From: Bacteroidales bacterium CF
GTDB taxonomy: Bacteria; Bacteroidota; Bacteroidia; Bacteroidales; UBA932
Assembly (NCBI GenBank): GCA_000473305.1
Contig: CP006772.1
Location: forward strand, 2,237,805 to 2,301,804
Length of the DNA: 64,000 nucleotides
Reading direction: 5' to 3'
Every line of letters starts with the position of its first letter. Position 1 is the first letter of the stretch. Positions 38,013 to 48,260 of this stretch are shown one piece after another. The notes under the pieces were generated by a model, which searched no databases, was not told the DNA's origin, and saw only the letters and a program-made list of their open reading frames with translations. A program made the translations under genes and the position numbers.

Positions 38013-39590
38013 TCAATCCATTTTAGACGAATCAGGACTCATTAGTGATTCTGGATGTTGCTCGATCCATTTGTCGGGCATCAGTGAATCAAGGCTCTCT
38101 TTTTTGTCAAGGACATAGGGTAATTGGTTCAAGACATCTATAAGGTAATGCCGGGTATTAATGTTTTGTTCCCTGCAACATCCTGTGAGAGTAAAAATCA
38201 TGGCTGCATTAAAAGCCGCATTGTGATTCCCGCAAAAAAGAAAATTTTTCCGTGAAACGGTAACCGGTCTGATTGCATTTTCTGCCGGATTGTTGTCTAT
38301 TTTCAGGTTGCCGTCATAAATATACCTGCTAAGCCCCTGGATTCTGCTGTAATTGTATGACATCGCCTTACCTATCTTGCTTTTTGGCAGTACCGTCTTA
38401 TAGTTTTGCTCTATCCATTTTTCCAGATTCCTTATTATGGGCAAGGCCAACCTTTGCCTTTCTGCTTCTATCTGGACAGGGGAGTATTGCTTATCTTTGA
38501 AGACCCTTTCAAGTTTGTACAGCAGTTGTATCTGCCCCAATGCGTACTGGGCCAGTGTTTTGTTCTCTACTAACGAAGATTCATAATTTCGACGACAGTG
38601 TGCCCAGCAGTTAATGAGCGTTACGGAAGGATTCTTGTCAAAAATCTCGTATGCGCAATAGCCATCTGTCTGGAGTGTACCTTTGAAGTCCTTGAAGATT
38701 TCGCGGACAACTTTAGCGGAGCGGGAACCGTCCCGGTAATCAAAAAACAGGAGTTTTTCTTTCACCGCCCGTGCCATCCAAAGATACTCCTTGTCGGCTT
38801 TCTTCTTTTCCCGGTTTATTACAGGCAACGTGGTTTCGTCCGCCTGTAGGTAATTAGAAGACAGCACCCTTTCCCTGATTTTTTCATACAAGGGTTTGAT
38901 CAGGCCACAGGAAGAGGCAAACCAGTCGTTTATTGTGGTTGCAGATAGCTTAAGGCCTAGTTCCTTGAACTGTTTGGTTTGTCTGTAAAAAGGAAGGTGG
39001 TGGACATACTTTTGCAACAACAACTCTGCAATCAAGGTGGACCCCGCCGATCCTTTGTATATTGGGAGCAATGGCATCGGGGCTATAATAATGGCAGGCA
39101 TGTCCCCGACAGTGTTGGTTTGGTTTATTAAAGCGTATTTTGGCCGTACGATGTCCAGTACAAACAGTTTGCCCGGCTCAAATTCTATGACTTTGGTATG
39201 CTCTTCTCCGATCCTCCTGTATTTGGTCAAATCTATGTCATTGGGTTCAATCACGCTTTCGACAACCGGCAACCCTTCCATTGATTCTTGTCTCGGTTTG
39301 CGAGGTTTGACCTTCTGCTGTATCATTACTTGTTCAAGCTCCTGTTCACTTGCTTTGCTGTCAGCCAGGGAGTCGATTTGGTCTGAAAGCTCGGCAAAAA
39401 GGCCTGGAAGAGGGGTGATATTAGGATATTTTTCGCTTATTGAACCGAACATCTTACGTTTGAACCATGCCAGTTGGGAAAGGAGTTCATTGAGCTGTTT
39501 TTGCAACTCAGCCAATTGTTGGTCCTTTTGCTTCTCCCTCTCGAGAGATGCTTCCAGCATACTTATTAATGATGAAATTGATTGGTCCAC
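38013..39590 (-). CDS. IS66-family transposase (TnpC)
   Basis: 525 aa with an N-terminal leucine zipper, a DDE core and the CWAHCRR motif. Confidence 0.85.
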   Translation of the reverse strand: MDQSISSLISMLEASLEREKQKDQQLAELQKQLNELLSQLAWFKRKMFGSISEKYPNITPLPGLFAELSDQIDSLADSKASEQELEQVMIQQKVKPRKPRQESMEGLPVVESVIEPNDIDLTKYRRIGEEHTKVIEFEPGKLFVLDIVRPKYALINQTNTVGDMPAIIIAPMPLLPIYKGSAGSTLIAELLLQKYVHHLPFYRQTKQFKELGLKLSATTINDWFASSCGLIKPLYEKIRERVLSSNYLQADETTLPVINREKKKADKEYLWMARAVKEKLLFFDYRDGSRSAKVVREIFKDFKGTLQTDGYCAYEIFDKNPSVTLINCWAHCRRNYESSLVENKTLAQYALGQIQLLYKLERVFKDKQYSPVQIEAERQRLALPIIRNLEKWIEQNYKTVLPKSKIGKAMSYNYSRIQGLSRYIYDGNLKIDNNPAENAIRPVTVSRKNFLFCGNHNAAFNAAMIFTLTGCCREQNINTRHYLIDVLNQLPYVLDKKESLDSLMPDKWIEQHPESLMSPDSSKMD

Positions 39591-39660
39591 TTACTGCTTT
39601 TTGTATATATAAAAGTAGTAAATATCAGCTTAATAAGCAAGTAAAATAAGTGTTTTTTAG

Positions 39661-40020
39661 TTAAAAAGATGATAGTATTTTAAGCCTTTTCCTTCGTGAG
39701 AAAACATCCTCTTTTATACCCTCGACCATCATGACAAGGTCCTTCCACTCCATGGGAAATGAGTTACTCTCATTGTCATAATTTGGTAGTAAAAAAGTCC
39801 CTTGTTCCAGCTTCTTTATGTACAGGACAAGACCACCACGCTCTGCATGGAGTAGTTTGATGGTGTCCTTTTTCTTATTAATAAAAATATAAACATCTCC
39901 ACTACGAACATCCTGTTTCATGTTGTTCTTGACAACACCACTGAGAGTGTAGAATGATTTCCTCATATCCGTTGCGCCTGGACAAAGGTAGTAGCGCATT
40001 GAATCATTAAGGCTGAACAT
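39661..40020 (-). CDS. IS66 Orf2 (TnpB accessory protein)
   Basis: 119 aa, typical IS66 Orf2 (..DMRKSFYTLSGVV..GDVYIFINKKKDTIKLL..). Confidence 0.8.
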   Translation of the reverse strand: MFSLNDSMRYYLCPGATDMRKSFYTLSGVVKNNMKQDVRSGDVYIFINKKKDTIKLLHAERGGLVLYIKKLEQGTFLLPNYDNESNSFPMEWKDLVMMVEGIKEDVFSRRKRLKILSSF

Positions 40021-40023
40021 AGA

Positions 40024-40392
40024 CTAAAACTGATTTAGTAATGTCTTGAAAACATCAAGGTCAATGATTCCCCGCATCTTTATCTGCAGACCAGTAGGGT
40101 GGACTATCTCCAACTCCATCGATGACCTGATGCCTGGCTGTTCCGGACTAACGATATCCTGACCTACCTCATTTGCTGTATTGCCTATGAGCATTATTGG
40201 TGATAAATGAGATGTGCTCTTATGCCCCCTGATGTCTGATCCGTCTCCCCATTTTCGTAACCAATAATAAAACGAGGACTTGGTATATCCGTATGTTTTG
40301 CAAAAATCCTCCTTAGTAAGTCCGCTGGCCTTATATTCCATGTAAATCTCTTTGAATTTTGACTCTTGCATGCGGGTTGAATATTTTCTCAT
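40024..40392 (-). CDS. IS66 Orf1 (TnpA, HTH)
   Basis: 122 aa with a helix-turn-helix (FCKTYGYTKSSFYYWLRKW). Confidence 0.75.
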   Translation of the reverse strand: MRKYSTRMQESKFKEIYMEYKASGLTKEDFCKTYGYTKSSFYYWLRKWGDGSDIRGHKSTSHLSPIMLIGNTANEVGQDIVSPEQPGIRSSMELEIVHPTGLQIKMRGIIDLDVFKTLLNQF

Positions 40393-41486
40393 AGTTTTTG
40401 CCCAAAGGTAAAACCTATGGAATACCGTTACAATATGTATTCGCTCGAATACTTACGTCTGTGTCCTTCACACATGGGGACAGAATCTCAGTTTTCATCC
40501 TCACATCCATTGCATTGTCCCTGCCGTGGGAGAATCATTTGCAGGAAACATGAAATACATAGGCAGCGGGGGAAAGTACCTTTACCCGGAAAGACAGTTG
40601 AGTGCCGTGTTCCGTGGAAAGCTGATGCAGAGCATCGCGGCCCGGTTGGGACGCGATGGATTACCACAAGATGTCCGAACTGTTATGAAAGACCTCTGGA
40701 ACAAGGCTTGGGTTGTTCATTGTGAGCCATCTATGGCAAGGCCGGAACATGTGATCCGATATCTGGGGCAATACACTCACAGGGTGGCAATCACAAACCA
40801 GCGGATAATTGACATCAATGACCGGAATGTGACATTCATGCACAAGGATTACGCCGACGGCGCAAGACAGAAACCAATATCCCTCGATGGCGTGGAGTTC
40901 CTCAGAAGGTTCTGCATGCATATCCTCCCACACAGGTTCGTCAAGATAAGACGATACGGTATATACAGCAGCCGGGTAAGGGCTTTAAAGAAGAGTCTGG
41001 AAAATCCTAAGATGACCATAAATGTCGGGGCTACAGAAAGTGTGCAACAGAGGTTGAAACGGCTTACCGGCTTTGACATCTGCCTGTGTCCGTTTTGCAA
41101 GCTGGGAAAAATGCACAGGATAGAAGAGGTACCCAGGGTGCGTTCTCCTACTATTATGTATTCACAGGCGGGTGCCGGACAAATATAAAATCAGGAGACT
41201 ATTTTGCAATCTGCATTTTTTTGTGGATGGCCTTGCTCTTGTCCGGAGCAGACAACAATCCGGAAAATGTTGACACTTCAGAAAATTATAAATCTTGAGT
41301 GCCTGGAATCCTGCAAAAAAACACGTATCCAAAGTATGACATTGAGGGATTGCCTGCCTGCTTTATCCCATAAAATATAAAACCGGAAACCTGAAATCCG
41401 TTGATAAGTCCATAGCTAAACTGTCCGGGATGTAGTTCAACATGGACTTCAAGTTCGGCATTGCATGCCACATAAAGTCCTATTTA

Positions 41487-41894
41487 TTAGCGGTAGTTAT
41501 TTATCAATTCATTAATGGAGTCAGCAATCTTCACAAGTCCACCTGTTTCATGTAACCAAAGAAAGATTTCATCATTCAACTGTTTTCCATTATTCTTATC
41601 TATCAATAAAACAAGGTAATCTCCGCATCCATTACTAGCAATTGAGATGGCACTTTCAGGAAAGTCATCCCATTCTTTTGCTTGTTTAGTTTCATGAATA
41701 ATATGATTGCAAGTTCTACTAATTCTCTTATTATCCGTCTTATCAAAAAAAGGAAATAGTTGCCAATCATCTTCATCTGTTTGGATTTCTCCTCCATTTT
41801 CAAGCATCATCTTTTGTTTGAAAATGTCCGGGAAAAATAGTCCTAATTCCTTTTCAGTATCTTGAATGAATTTTAAATCAACCGGGAATGGCAT
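41487..41894 (-). CDS. SMI1/KNR4 (SUKH-1) family immunity-type protein
   Basis: 135 aa. ..SIASNGCGDYLVLLIDKNNGK..IFLWLHETG.. is typical of SUKH-1 proteins. Confidence 0.6.
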   Translation of the reverse strand: MPFPVDLKFIQDTEKELGLFFPDIFKQKMMLENGGEIQTDEDDWQLFPFFDKTDNKRISRTCNHIIHETKQAKEWDDFPESAISIASNGCGDYLVLLIDKNNGKQLNDEIFLWLHETGGLVKIADSINELINNYR

Positions 41895-41933
41895 AATATT
41901 TTTTATCGTTATTTATCATTGTGACAATGTCTT

Positions 41934-42062
41934 TTATAATTACCGCTAACGGTTTAGTGTATGTGCCGTAAGGGATTGCGGGGCAGTTTCCTGTCCACCG
42001 ACACGAAAGTTTGAGCGGGCTACAATGCTTAAAATCCCACTGAAACCCTTATGGCATATACA
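41934..42062 (-). other. attC-like site (about 129 bp)
   Basis: CGCTAACGG|TTTAGTGTATGTGCCGTAAGGG...CCCTTATGGCATATACAC TTTGTTAGCC. Confidence 0.7.
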
Positions 42063-42102
42063 CTTTGTTAGCCTTTCGCCCTTTGTTTTAATCATTTTTT
42101 CA

Positions 42103-42501
42103 TTAGTCAATATTCCAATATGCATCAGGTTCGCCGTCTAATACATCATCAATAAAATCATCACTTAAACCCTCAACGTCTTGAGCATAAGAACCAGCAT
42201 ATTTTCCATATGATTCCCTTTCGTTATAATCATCGTAATCATTATATTCTTCATCGTAATCTTCTTGTTCGCCTTCCCATTGTTCGTATTTTTCATTGAG
42301 TTTATTCACACCTTCTTCCGAGATTTTAAAGTCTGAATTAGATACTTTAATTTCTTCTATTACTTCTTCTGAAATATAAAAGTGGTCTAAATTGATTGCA
42401 CACCAATCAAGATATGCAGGTTGTATTTCAAGAATTTCCCTCACAGTTTTCCCTTCGTATTTGCCAAAGGTAAATTCTGTATCTAAGTTGTAAAATTTCA
42501 T
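42103..42501 (-). CDS. small acidic hypothetical protein
   Basis: 132 aa with a D/E/Y-rich C-terminus. Its start overlaps the stop of the upstream 611-aa gene. Confidence 0.5.
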   Translation of the reverse strand: MKFYNLDTEFTFGKYEGKTVREILEIQPAYLDWCAINLDHFYISEEVIEEIKVSNSDFKISEEGVNKLNEKYEQWEGEQEDYDEEYNDYDDYNERESYGKYAGSYAQDVEGLSDDFIDDVLDGEPDAYWNID

Positions 42502-44333
42502 GATTTAGATTTTATTAAAGTATTAAACAAATAATTATCAATAAAATATTGTAGTTTATGATTTTCACTGTCAAAAATTAGATTGGTAAAAGTTTTAGGT
42601 AAATTAGCAAAACCAGTGTATGCACCATAAAGCATAAAAGCAACTTTTTTGTTTTTAACACTTTTTGCAATTAGCATTTTGTTGATTTGGTCGTGTCCTT
42701 GCAATTTCATTAAAAATATAATTATGCTTGCCAAAATATCATTTACAGGGAATACAAAATTGTCAGATTTAGCAGTGCGGTATAAGTAATATTCTCGTAG
42801 AGTGTTTTTTAAATCACTGTCAGGTAAATGTTTTCCTATTTCTGCAATTATTTTTAAGACATTCTCTTCAGAATAATTACCAAGGCGACCCTGAGGAAAA
42901 GATAAGACAGAATTAAGCGAAATGTTTAATAATTCAATTTCCTGTTTTGAAATCTTGTCTGATAAAACATCTGGTAGTTGAATAGAAAAATTGCTATATG
43001 ATTGATTCTTTTCAAAATAGAAGTTTGTCAATGAATCAAGGTCAATTTTGATTGAAATATCAGGCAATTCACTATCTTTATTATTTTTAGAAAGAAAGTA
43101 GTTATTTGTTTTTTTAACAATGTCATTCAACTGCTCGGTAATACGGTTGAATTGCTCGTTAATTGAAGTGTCAAATTGAGTTCCGCCTTGTTGAAAGTTC
43201 TTTATTCTACCTTCAAGAGCATAAACATTATTTTTCAATGCTTTATATTCATTGTCATTCTTCTCAAATTCCTCAATTTCATTTTTCAATTCTTGTTTGC
43301 GATAAAATTTTTCGGGGTTTTCTTCCTTTTTGTAATATTCACGTTTTTTACCTTTTGCTTCGCCTCTCTCTTTTTCTTCTTGTTTTATTTTCTCAAATTC
43401 TTCTTTTAACGGTGTAATATTGTACTTACACTCGTAAAGATATACTTCTCTTCGTGCTTGTTCTAAATTCTCTTGTTCTGTTTCAAAATCTCGTTTGTAA
43501 TTTTGACTTTTTTGTTTTGAGAATTCCTCGCAACGCATTTTATTTAAATTGTCAACTTCTTGCAATCTTAAAGTAAGTGTCCTGAATATATCAGAGGTTT
43601 TATTGTCAAATTGTTTTTTGTATCGTTCTTCGCAATCTCGGATTTGCTTCTTTACATTAATAAGCCAAAAGTTTGAATATTGTTCTGACAGTGCAATGTC
43701 GGTATGAACGCCACCGATTGTGTTTTTAAGTTTAGTTAAATCTGAAACTAATCCCTGTTCGTTCTCATCTAAAGACCCAAGTGAACCGACAACATATCCA
43801 TAAATTAGCCCTTTGATTTGATTAAAAGCTTTGTCAAAAAATGGTTCTTTTTCGCTTTGTTCTGAAAGAATTTTTTGTTGATATGAAACTTGTCTTAATT
43901 GTTTTGGTTTATTTTCTGAAATGATAAAACTTTCCGATTTATATTTATTGACAGTCTTGACTTCCAAAAGCATAAATTGTTGATTTAAAAACTCTAACAA
44001 TTTGACTTCATTCTCAAAATGAACTTTGAAATGTCCTTTTTTTAAATAAATTGTTTTGTAGTATTCGTAGTAGCCAAGTTTTGAGTCTTGTAATACTGTT
44101 TTATCTAATAATTCTGGATAAATTTCAATGATAATTTCGCTGGCAACAGGTTCTTCAAACATCACTAGATAATTGGCATCTTCAAATCGTCCTTCATTGC
44201 GGTTTACAGGATTCCCAAAACCACGAATAGCATAAAATGAAATAGGCGATATGCTCTCGGTTGTAAAAACCTCGTTTAAGTTCCATTGGTTTATTGGCAA
44301 CCACAAATGATTTTTTATTTTTTTCTTTGCCAT
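42498..44333 (-). CDS. large hypothetical protein (611 aa) with a central Lys/Glu-rich coiled-coil
   Basis: No recognisable catalytic motif. Translationally coupled to the helicase gene (2-nt spacing). Confidence 0.55.
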   Translation of the reverse strand: MAKKKIKNHLWLPINQWNLNEVFTTESISPISFYAIRGFGNPVNRNEGRFEDANYLVMFEEPVASEIIIEIYPELLDKTVLQDSKLGYYEYYKTIYLKKGHFKVHFENEVKLLEFLNQQFMLLEVKTVNKYKSESFIISENKPKQLRQVSYQQKILSEQSEKEPFFDKAFNQIKGLIYGYVVGSLGSLDENEQGLVSDLTKLKNTIGGVHTDIALSEQYSNFWLINVKKQIRDCEERYKKQFDNKTSDIFRTLTLRLQEVDNLNKMRCEEFSKQKSQNYKRDFETEQENLEQARREVYLYECKYNITPLKEEFEKIKQEEKERGEAKGKKREYYKKEENPEKFYRKQELKNEIEEFEKNDNEYKALKNNVYALEGRIKNFQQGGTQFDTSINEQFNRITEQLNDIVKKTNNYFLSKNNKDSELPDISIKIDLDSLTNFYFEKNQSYSNFSIQLPDVLSDKISKQEIELLNISLNSVLSFPQGRLGNYSEENVLKIIAEIGKHLPDSDLKNTLREYYLYRTAKSDNFVFPVNDILASIIIFLMKLQGHDQINKMLIAKSVKNKKVAFMLYGAYTGFANLPKTFTNLIFDSENHKLQYFIDNYLFNTLIKSKS

Positions 44334-44334
44334 A

Positions 44335-45726
44335 TTATTGATAAACTACATCTTGTGAGTTAGCATCTTTTAATAAATTTGTGAGTTTGCGCGAATAAGT
44401 TATAAACAAACGACTACTTGAACGGGTACATCCAACATAAAAAGCGTTTCTATCTGTTTTGTTGTCGTCATTAGCAAATGGAATAAAAACATTGTCAAAT
44501 TCGGTACCTTTAGCACTATGGAAAGATAATAAACAAGGTAAATCATGATTTGTAAAATCAAGCGTATCTACTTTTGTGAATCCAGAAATTGTATTGCTAT
44601 TAACTGTATATCTAACTTGTGTACTTATTCCTTTGCTAGCAAGTAATTCATAAACTTTTTTTACATCATTATTTTCCCAAATTAATATACCAACATCATC
44701 TAACCCTTCTGTTTGAATACGATTGACTATATATTGAATTTCTTCATCCTCCGAATTACATTTTTTTATAATTGGTTTAGGAAAATCAGGAAAATCGCTT
44801 TTGCCGTTATTTTTGCGATTATTTGAAAGCAAATCTACATGTGGTTGTGGAATTGTTTGTGCAACTTTCGCAACCGTTATAGGTACACGATAGTTGAAAT
44901 CAAGTTTCTTCAAAGGATAATTGAAATGTTCAACAATTTCTTCAACATTAGTTCCACGATTTCTATATAATTGTTGGTTGGTGTCACCAAAAATTGTAAT
45001 TGCCTTTCCTGCTTTGGAAATAAAGTTGCTTTTATAGTCACTGATTGAAAAATCCTGTCCTTCGTCAATTATAAGATAATTAACAAGCCCTTTTTCTTTA
45101 AATAAGAAACCACTAGGTATAAATTTATCTTCCTGCGGTGCAAAATTATAATCAAGCACTTGAATTTCTCTAAATAATCTTTCTCTTCGATAAAAAGTTC
45201 TATAAAGAAAATCTGACACCCATTCATCAAAGTCAATTGAGACTTCTAAAGGATTTTCAATTTTTGCTACTTTATAATTCAAATACTTGCCTGTTTGTAT
45301 TGCCGTGTCATAATCAGAAGTATTGTAGCGCTTTTCCCATTTATCGTTATAAGTACCACAACCTCCAATTGCCATAAAATACCTAATATTATTATCACTT
45401 TCTTGTAGGATAAGCAATTGGCTGTCGTGAAAATATAGGGCACCAGAAATTTCAATACCTCTGTGTATCCATGACCACTCATGAACAACACGGTCTTTGT
45501 CAAGGCCTAATTCTGTTAGTCCGTAACGAACCATTTTTTTTAATGCAACTGTATAAACCACAATTACAAACGAATTGTCACCAGCTTGGTTGGCACGGTA
45601 GATAGCCATATTTGTTTTACCGCTTCCCGCAGCACCTTTCACTACCAAATTTTGATTGATAGAAACTTTCAGTACCTCTTGTTGAGAAGTGTCAGGATTT
45701 GTAATAAACCAATTTTCTAATCTCAT
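44335..45726 (-). CDS. UvrD-like superfamily-1 helicase (short, about 460 aa)
   Basis: Walker A GAAGSGKT, motif II IIDEGQDFS and a C-terminal FYVGCTRSSSRLFITY (motif VI). Confidence 0.65.
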   Translation of the reverse strand: MRLENWFITNPDTSQQEVLKVSINQNLVVKGAAGSGKTNMAIYRANQAGDNSFVIVVYTVALKKMVRYGLTELGLDKDRVVHEWSWIHRGIEISGALYFHDSQLLILQESDNNIRYFMAIGGCGTYNDKWEKRYNTSDYDTAIQTGKYLNYKVAKIENPLEVSIDFDEWVSDFLYRTFYRRERLFREIQVLDYNFAPQEDKFIPSGFLFKEKGLVNYLIIDEGQDFSISDYKSNFISKAGKAITIFGDTNQQLYRNRGTNVEEIVEHFNYPLKKLDFNYRVPITVAKVAQTIPQPHVDLLSNNRKNNGKSDFPDFPKPIIKKCNSEDEEIQYIVNRIQTEGLDDVGILIWENNDVKKVYELLASKGISTQVRYTVNSNTISGFTKVDTLDFTNHDLPCLLSFHSAKGTEFDNVFIPFANDDNKTDRNAFYVGCTRSSSRLFITYSRKLTNLLKDANSQDVVYQ

Positions 45727-45773
45727 ATTTTTTCAAATTTATCATTTCGAGCTCTGTCTTTTTTAGGGTGAAG

Positions 45774-46150
45774 GCTAACGGTTTCGGGTGTAGTTCGGCC
45801 ACCCTGTCCTCTTGCAAACCCATTGCCTCCGGTGGCTGAACTATACCTGGTGTTATAACCAGCTTCGATTTCAGTACAAGATCAAATCGCCTTTGGCTCA
45901 TGGTTTTGCCTTATAAAGATAGAAACTTTATTTATTAAGTTGAACACAGATTGTCCTAAAAATCAACGAACAAACCCAATATTTACACTAAGGGTTAAAT
46001 CAGATCCGAATTGAATCGCAAAACCTGTGACAAAGGCGCGGTAATATTATTGAAAATAGAAAAGAGACTCCTACACTTAAATACACTCTCTTAAAGCAAA
46101 AATCAGATAATCGGCACACACTTCAGCTCTTACAACTTTTCTTTAGTTGG
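45774..46150 (-). repeat. non-coding cassette type 1 (attC-A + NC1)
   Basis: Near-identical copy. attC-A 45774-45859, NC1 45860-46150. Confidence 0.7.
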
Positions 46151-46400
46151 TTATAACGTTTCGGCGGCTGAGCCCGTTTTAATGGGCGTAGACGCCTGTT
46201 ATGGGTCGGTTGCGCTATTGGCTGGTTGTTTTATTTATTTTTCTTTAACTTCTATATCATTAACTCTCTTTAAAAATACTCATCAACTCGGCTGCCTCTC
46301 TTTTTCTGCAAATGACCGGTACTTTTTGCTCTTAGACAGATACTTTATATTCTAATCTTCTCTCTTTTTCTTCTGCCGTATTGGTTCCCGCAACTGACCC
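46151..46400 (-). repeat. non-coding cassette type 2 (attC-B + NC2)
   Basis: attC-B 46151-46214, NC2 46215-46400. Confidence 0.7.
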
Positions 46401-46528
46401 ATTAACGGATGGCGGTATGGTTAGTTGCCGATTTCGAAGCACTTTCCTGTCAAGTTACAACTACTTTTGATACGAGCTGTGCCGCTCGAATACCCACTGC
46501 ACCGGCAATTAACTATACCGCGTGTTGG
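46401..46528 (-). other. attC-like site (about 128 bp)
   Basis: CATTAACGG|ATGGCGGTATGGTTAGTTGCCG...CGGCAATTAACTATACCGCG TGTTGGC. The centre shares a TTTCGAAGCACTTTCCTGTCAAGTTACAACTACTTTTGATACGAGCTG block with other sites. Confidence 0.7.
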
Positions 46529-46697
46529 CAACTGGTGTTCATTCATATCCGTCTGTATTTCATATATTTAGCTTTATTTTCTTGTCATTATCAATCTGCA
46601 CGAACCTATCTACAAAGTACAAATTTATTTTGTTTTTTTGAGCGTGGGCAATCCCAAAACCGTCCTGAAAGGCGGTTACTCGGGCAGGAGAGGCGGA

Positions 46698-46756
46698 AGC
46701 TCTTCCCGCAAACTTTGGATTTGGTTTGGCTTTGAGCGGTTTGCGGGATGTGCTTA
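46698..46756 (+). repeat. bracket motif copy M5 (3' side of the TonB/TCS cassette)
   Basis: GCTCTTCCCGCAAACTTTGGATTTGGTTTGGCTTTGAGCGGTTTGCGGGATGTGCTTAC. Confidence 0.55.
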
Positions 46757-46770
46757 CGACTGTGGGATGG

Positions 46771-48186
46771 CTAATTTGTCAAGTTAATTACAGCAAAATA
46801 CTCACCGCATACATAGTCTAAATCTCTAATTAAGTCTAAATAATTATTTTCCAGTTGCAACAATGTTTCATGCGTTGATACCAGTGACCTGAATGCCTGG
46901 ATATAATTATCAACACTTTCCTCTTGTAGCAAATACGATTCTTTCTTTGTTGCATAAATTCGTTTCCACGATTGCAAACTGGTCGTTGTACTAATCATTT
47001 GCTCTTTTTTCTTGGTAAGCGCATCTTTAAGCTGAAGAATATCTGACTTAATTAGTTTTCTGCGGTCGGCAATAGTGTAATCAATAGCATTAATATCGGC
47101 CTGAGCTTTTGCTATGGTGTGCCTGAGTATTTTGGGGTCGTTTATCTTGATTTTAATACCCGCATCAGCCGTAAGAAAATTGCCCTGTCTCACGTTGCCA
47201 GTGAATTCATAAAAATTATACCTGCCCCTTGTAGTTGCATAGATATCCCACTTTCCTTTTTCTGCCAGCCTCTTTTTTTCTTCGGCATTTTTTTTAATAA
47301 TACCCAATACTTTAAATTCGGTGTCATTATTTAAGGCTTTGTTAAAAATGCTATCAGTAATTTCGTCGATGTAGTATTTACCAACATATCCGGGTTCGTT
47401 AAAATTTATTTCTATTTTTGTTAGCTGGCCTAACTGAATTTGTTCAACATTCATATAACGTTGCATTTGGAGCTGCAACGAATATAAAGTAATCTCAAAA
47501 CCAGTAATTTTTGAATTGAGGTTTGTTATTTCGCCACTAATTTGTTCCCTGTCTGAATTTGTTGTGGTAATACTATCATCCTCTAATAGGTTAATTAATT
47601 CTTTGCGATATTCAATCAGCATTTCATAAATTTTTATTCTGGGAACCAGGTCATAATATTGTTCCAGGGCGTTGAGGATATTTTCCCGGACAGCATCAAC
47701 ATAATCGAGGTTTTTTGTATAAAGCTCGTTTTCCTCAAATGTCCTTTTTATAATTCTTTCCAATGTTCTGGAAGAAGAAAAAAGCGGAAAGCCAATTTCT
47801 GTTTCAATGAAATTTATCGTGCCGTGACCCGTGTTTTGCTCCCAGTCGTTATAAGTTCCCAACGCCACACCAATTGACGAACCGTCAAAGAAATCTTTTT
47901 TCATCCCTGCAGTCATATCAGAAGCATAGTCACCATCTGAGTTTGCACTAAATTTTGGAGCAACTATTAATGGGTTAAACTGGGTGTATTCACTTTCAAA
48001 TAACTTAAAATTTCTCTTTGCCGATTCCAATTCGTAGTAGGCTGCTTTAATTCTGTCGTTTTGGTTGTAAGTTAACCTGATAATATTTTCAGGATTTAAC
48101 ATCAAGTCTGCTTCAATGCTGATTTGCGAGAATGATACCCGAGCAATCAATAAAAAAGTGGCAAAAAGTGCAATACGCATATTCAT
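46771..48186 (-). CDS. putative TolC-like outer-membrane protein
   Basis: 471 aa with a signal peptide and long predicted helical/coiled-coil periplasmic repeats. Confidence 0.4.
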   Translation of the reverse strand: MNMRIALFATFLLIARVSFSQISIEADLMLNPENIIRLTYNQNDRIKAAYYELESAKRNFKLFESEYTQFNPLIVAPKFSANSDGDYASDMTAGMKKDFFDGSSIGVALGTYNDWEQNTGHGTINFIETEIGFPLFSSSRTLERIIKRTFEENELYTKNLDYVDAVRENILNALEQYYDLVPRIKIYEMLIEYRKELINLLEDDSITTTNSDREQISGEITNLNSKITGFEITLYSLQLQMQRYMNVEQIQLGQLTKIEINFNEPGYVGKYYIDEITDSIFNKALNNDTEFKVLGIIKKNAEEKKRLAEKGKWDIYATTRGRYNFYEFTGNVRQGNFLTADAGIKIKINDPKILRHTIAKAQADINAIDYTIADRRKLIKSDILQLKDALTKKKEQMISTTTSLQSWKRIYATKKESYLLQEESVDNYIQAFRSLVSTHETLLQLENNYLDLIRDLDYVCGEYFAVINLTN

Positions 48187-48260
48187 TTTTTAAATTTTTC
48201 AGATTATCAATAATTTAGGATAATTAATTAAGTTTTTCCTGATGAACAAAAAACTAACAA

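Larger units (their letters stand above)
37877..40456 (-). mobile_element. IS66-family insertion sequence (tnpA-tnpB-tnpC)
   Basis: Ends GTAAGCATTCGACAAAAC... and ...GCTCGAATACTTAC. 8-bp TSD GTCTGTGT (37869-37876 and 40457-40464). Three-gene IS66 organisation on the minus strand. Confidence 0.85.
37446..41188 (+). pseudogene. IS91-family (rolling-circle, HUH Y2) transposase gene split by an IS66 insertion
   Basis: The N-terminal part 37446-37876 has a zinc-finger domain (CRSPALGGH..CDCC..CRNRHCPKCQ). The C-terminal part resumes in frame at 40465 (..HTWGQNLSFHPHIHCIVP.., the HUH motif) and runs to the stop at 41188. The two parts are separated exactly by an IS66 and its 8-bp TSD. Confidence 0.75.
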
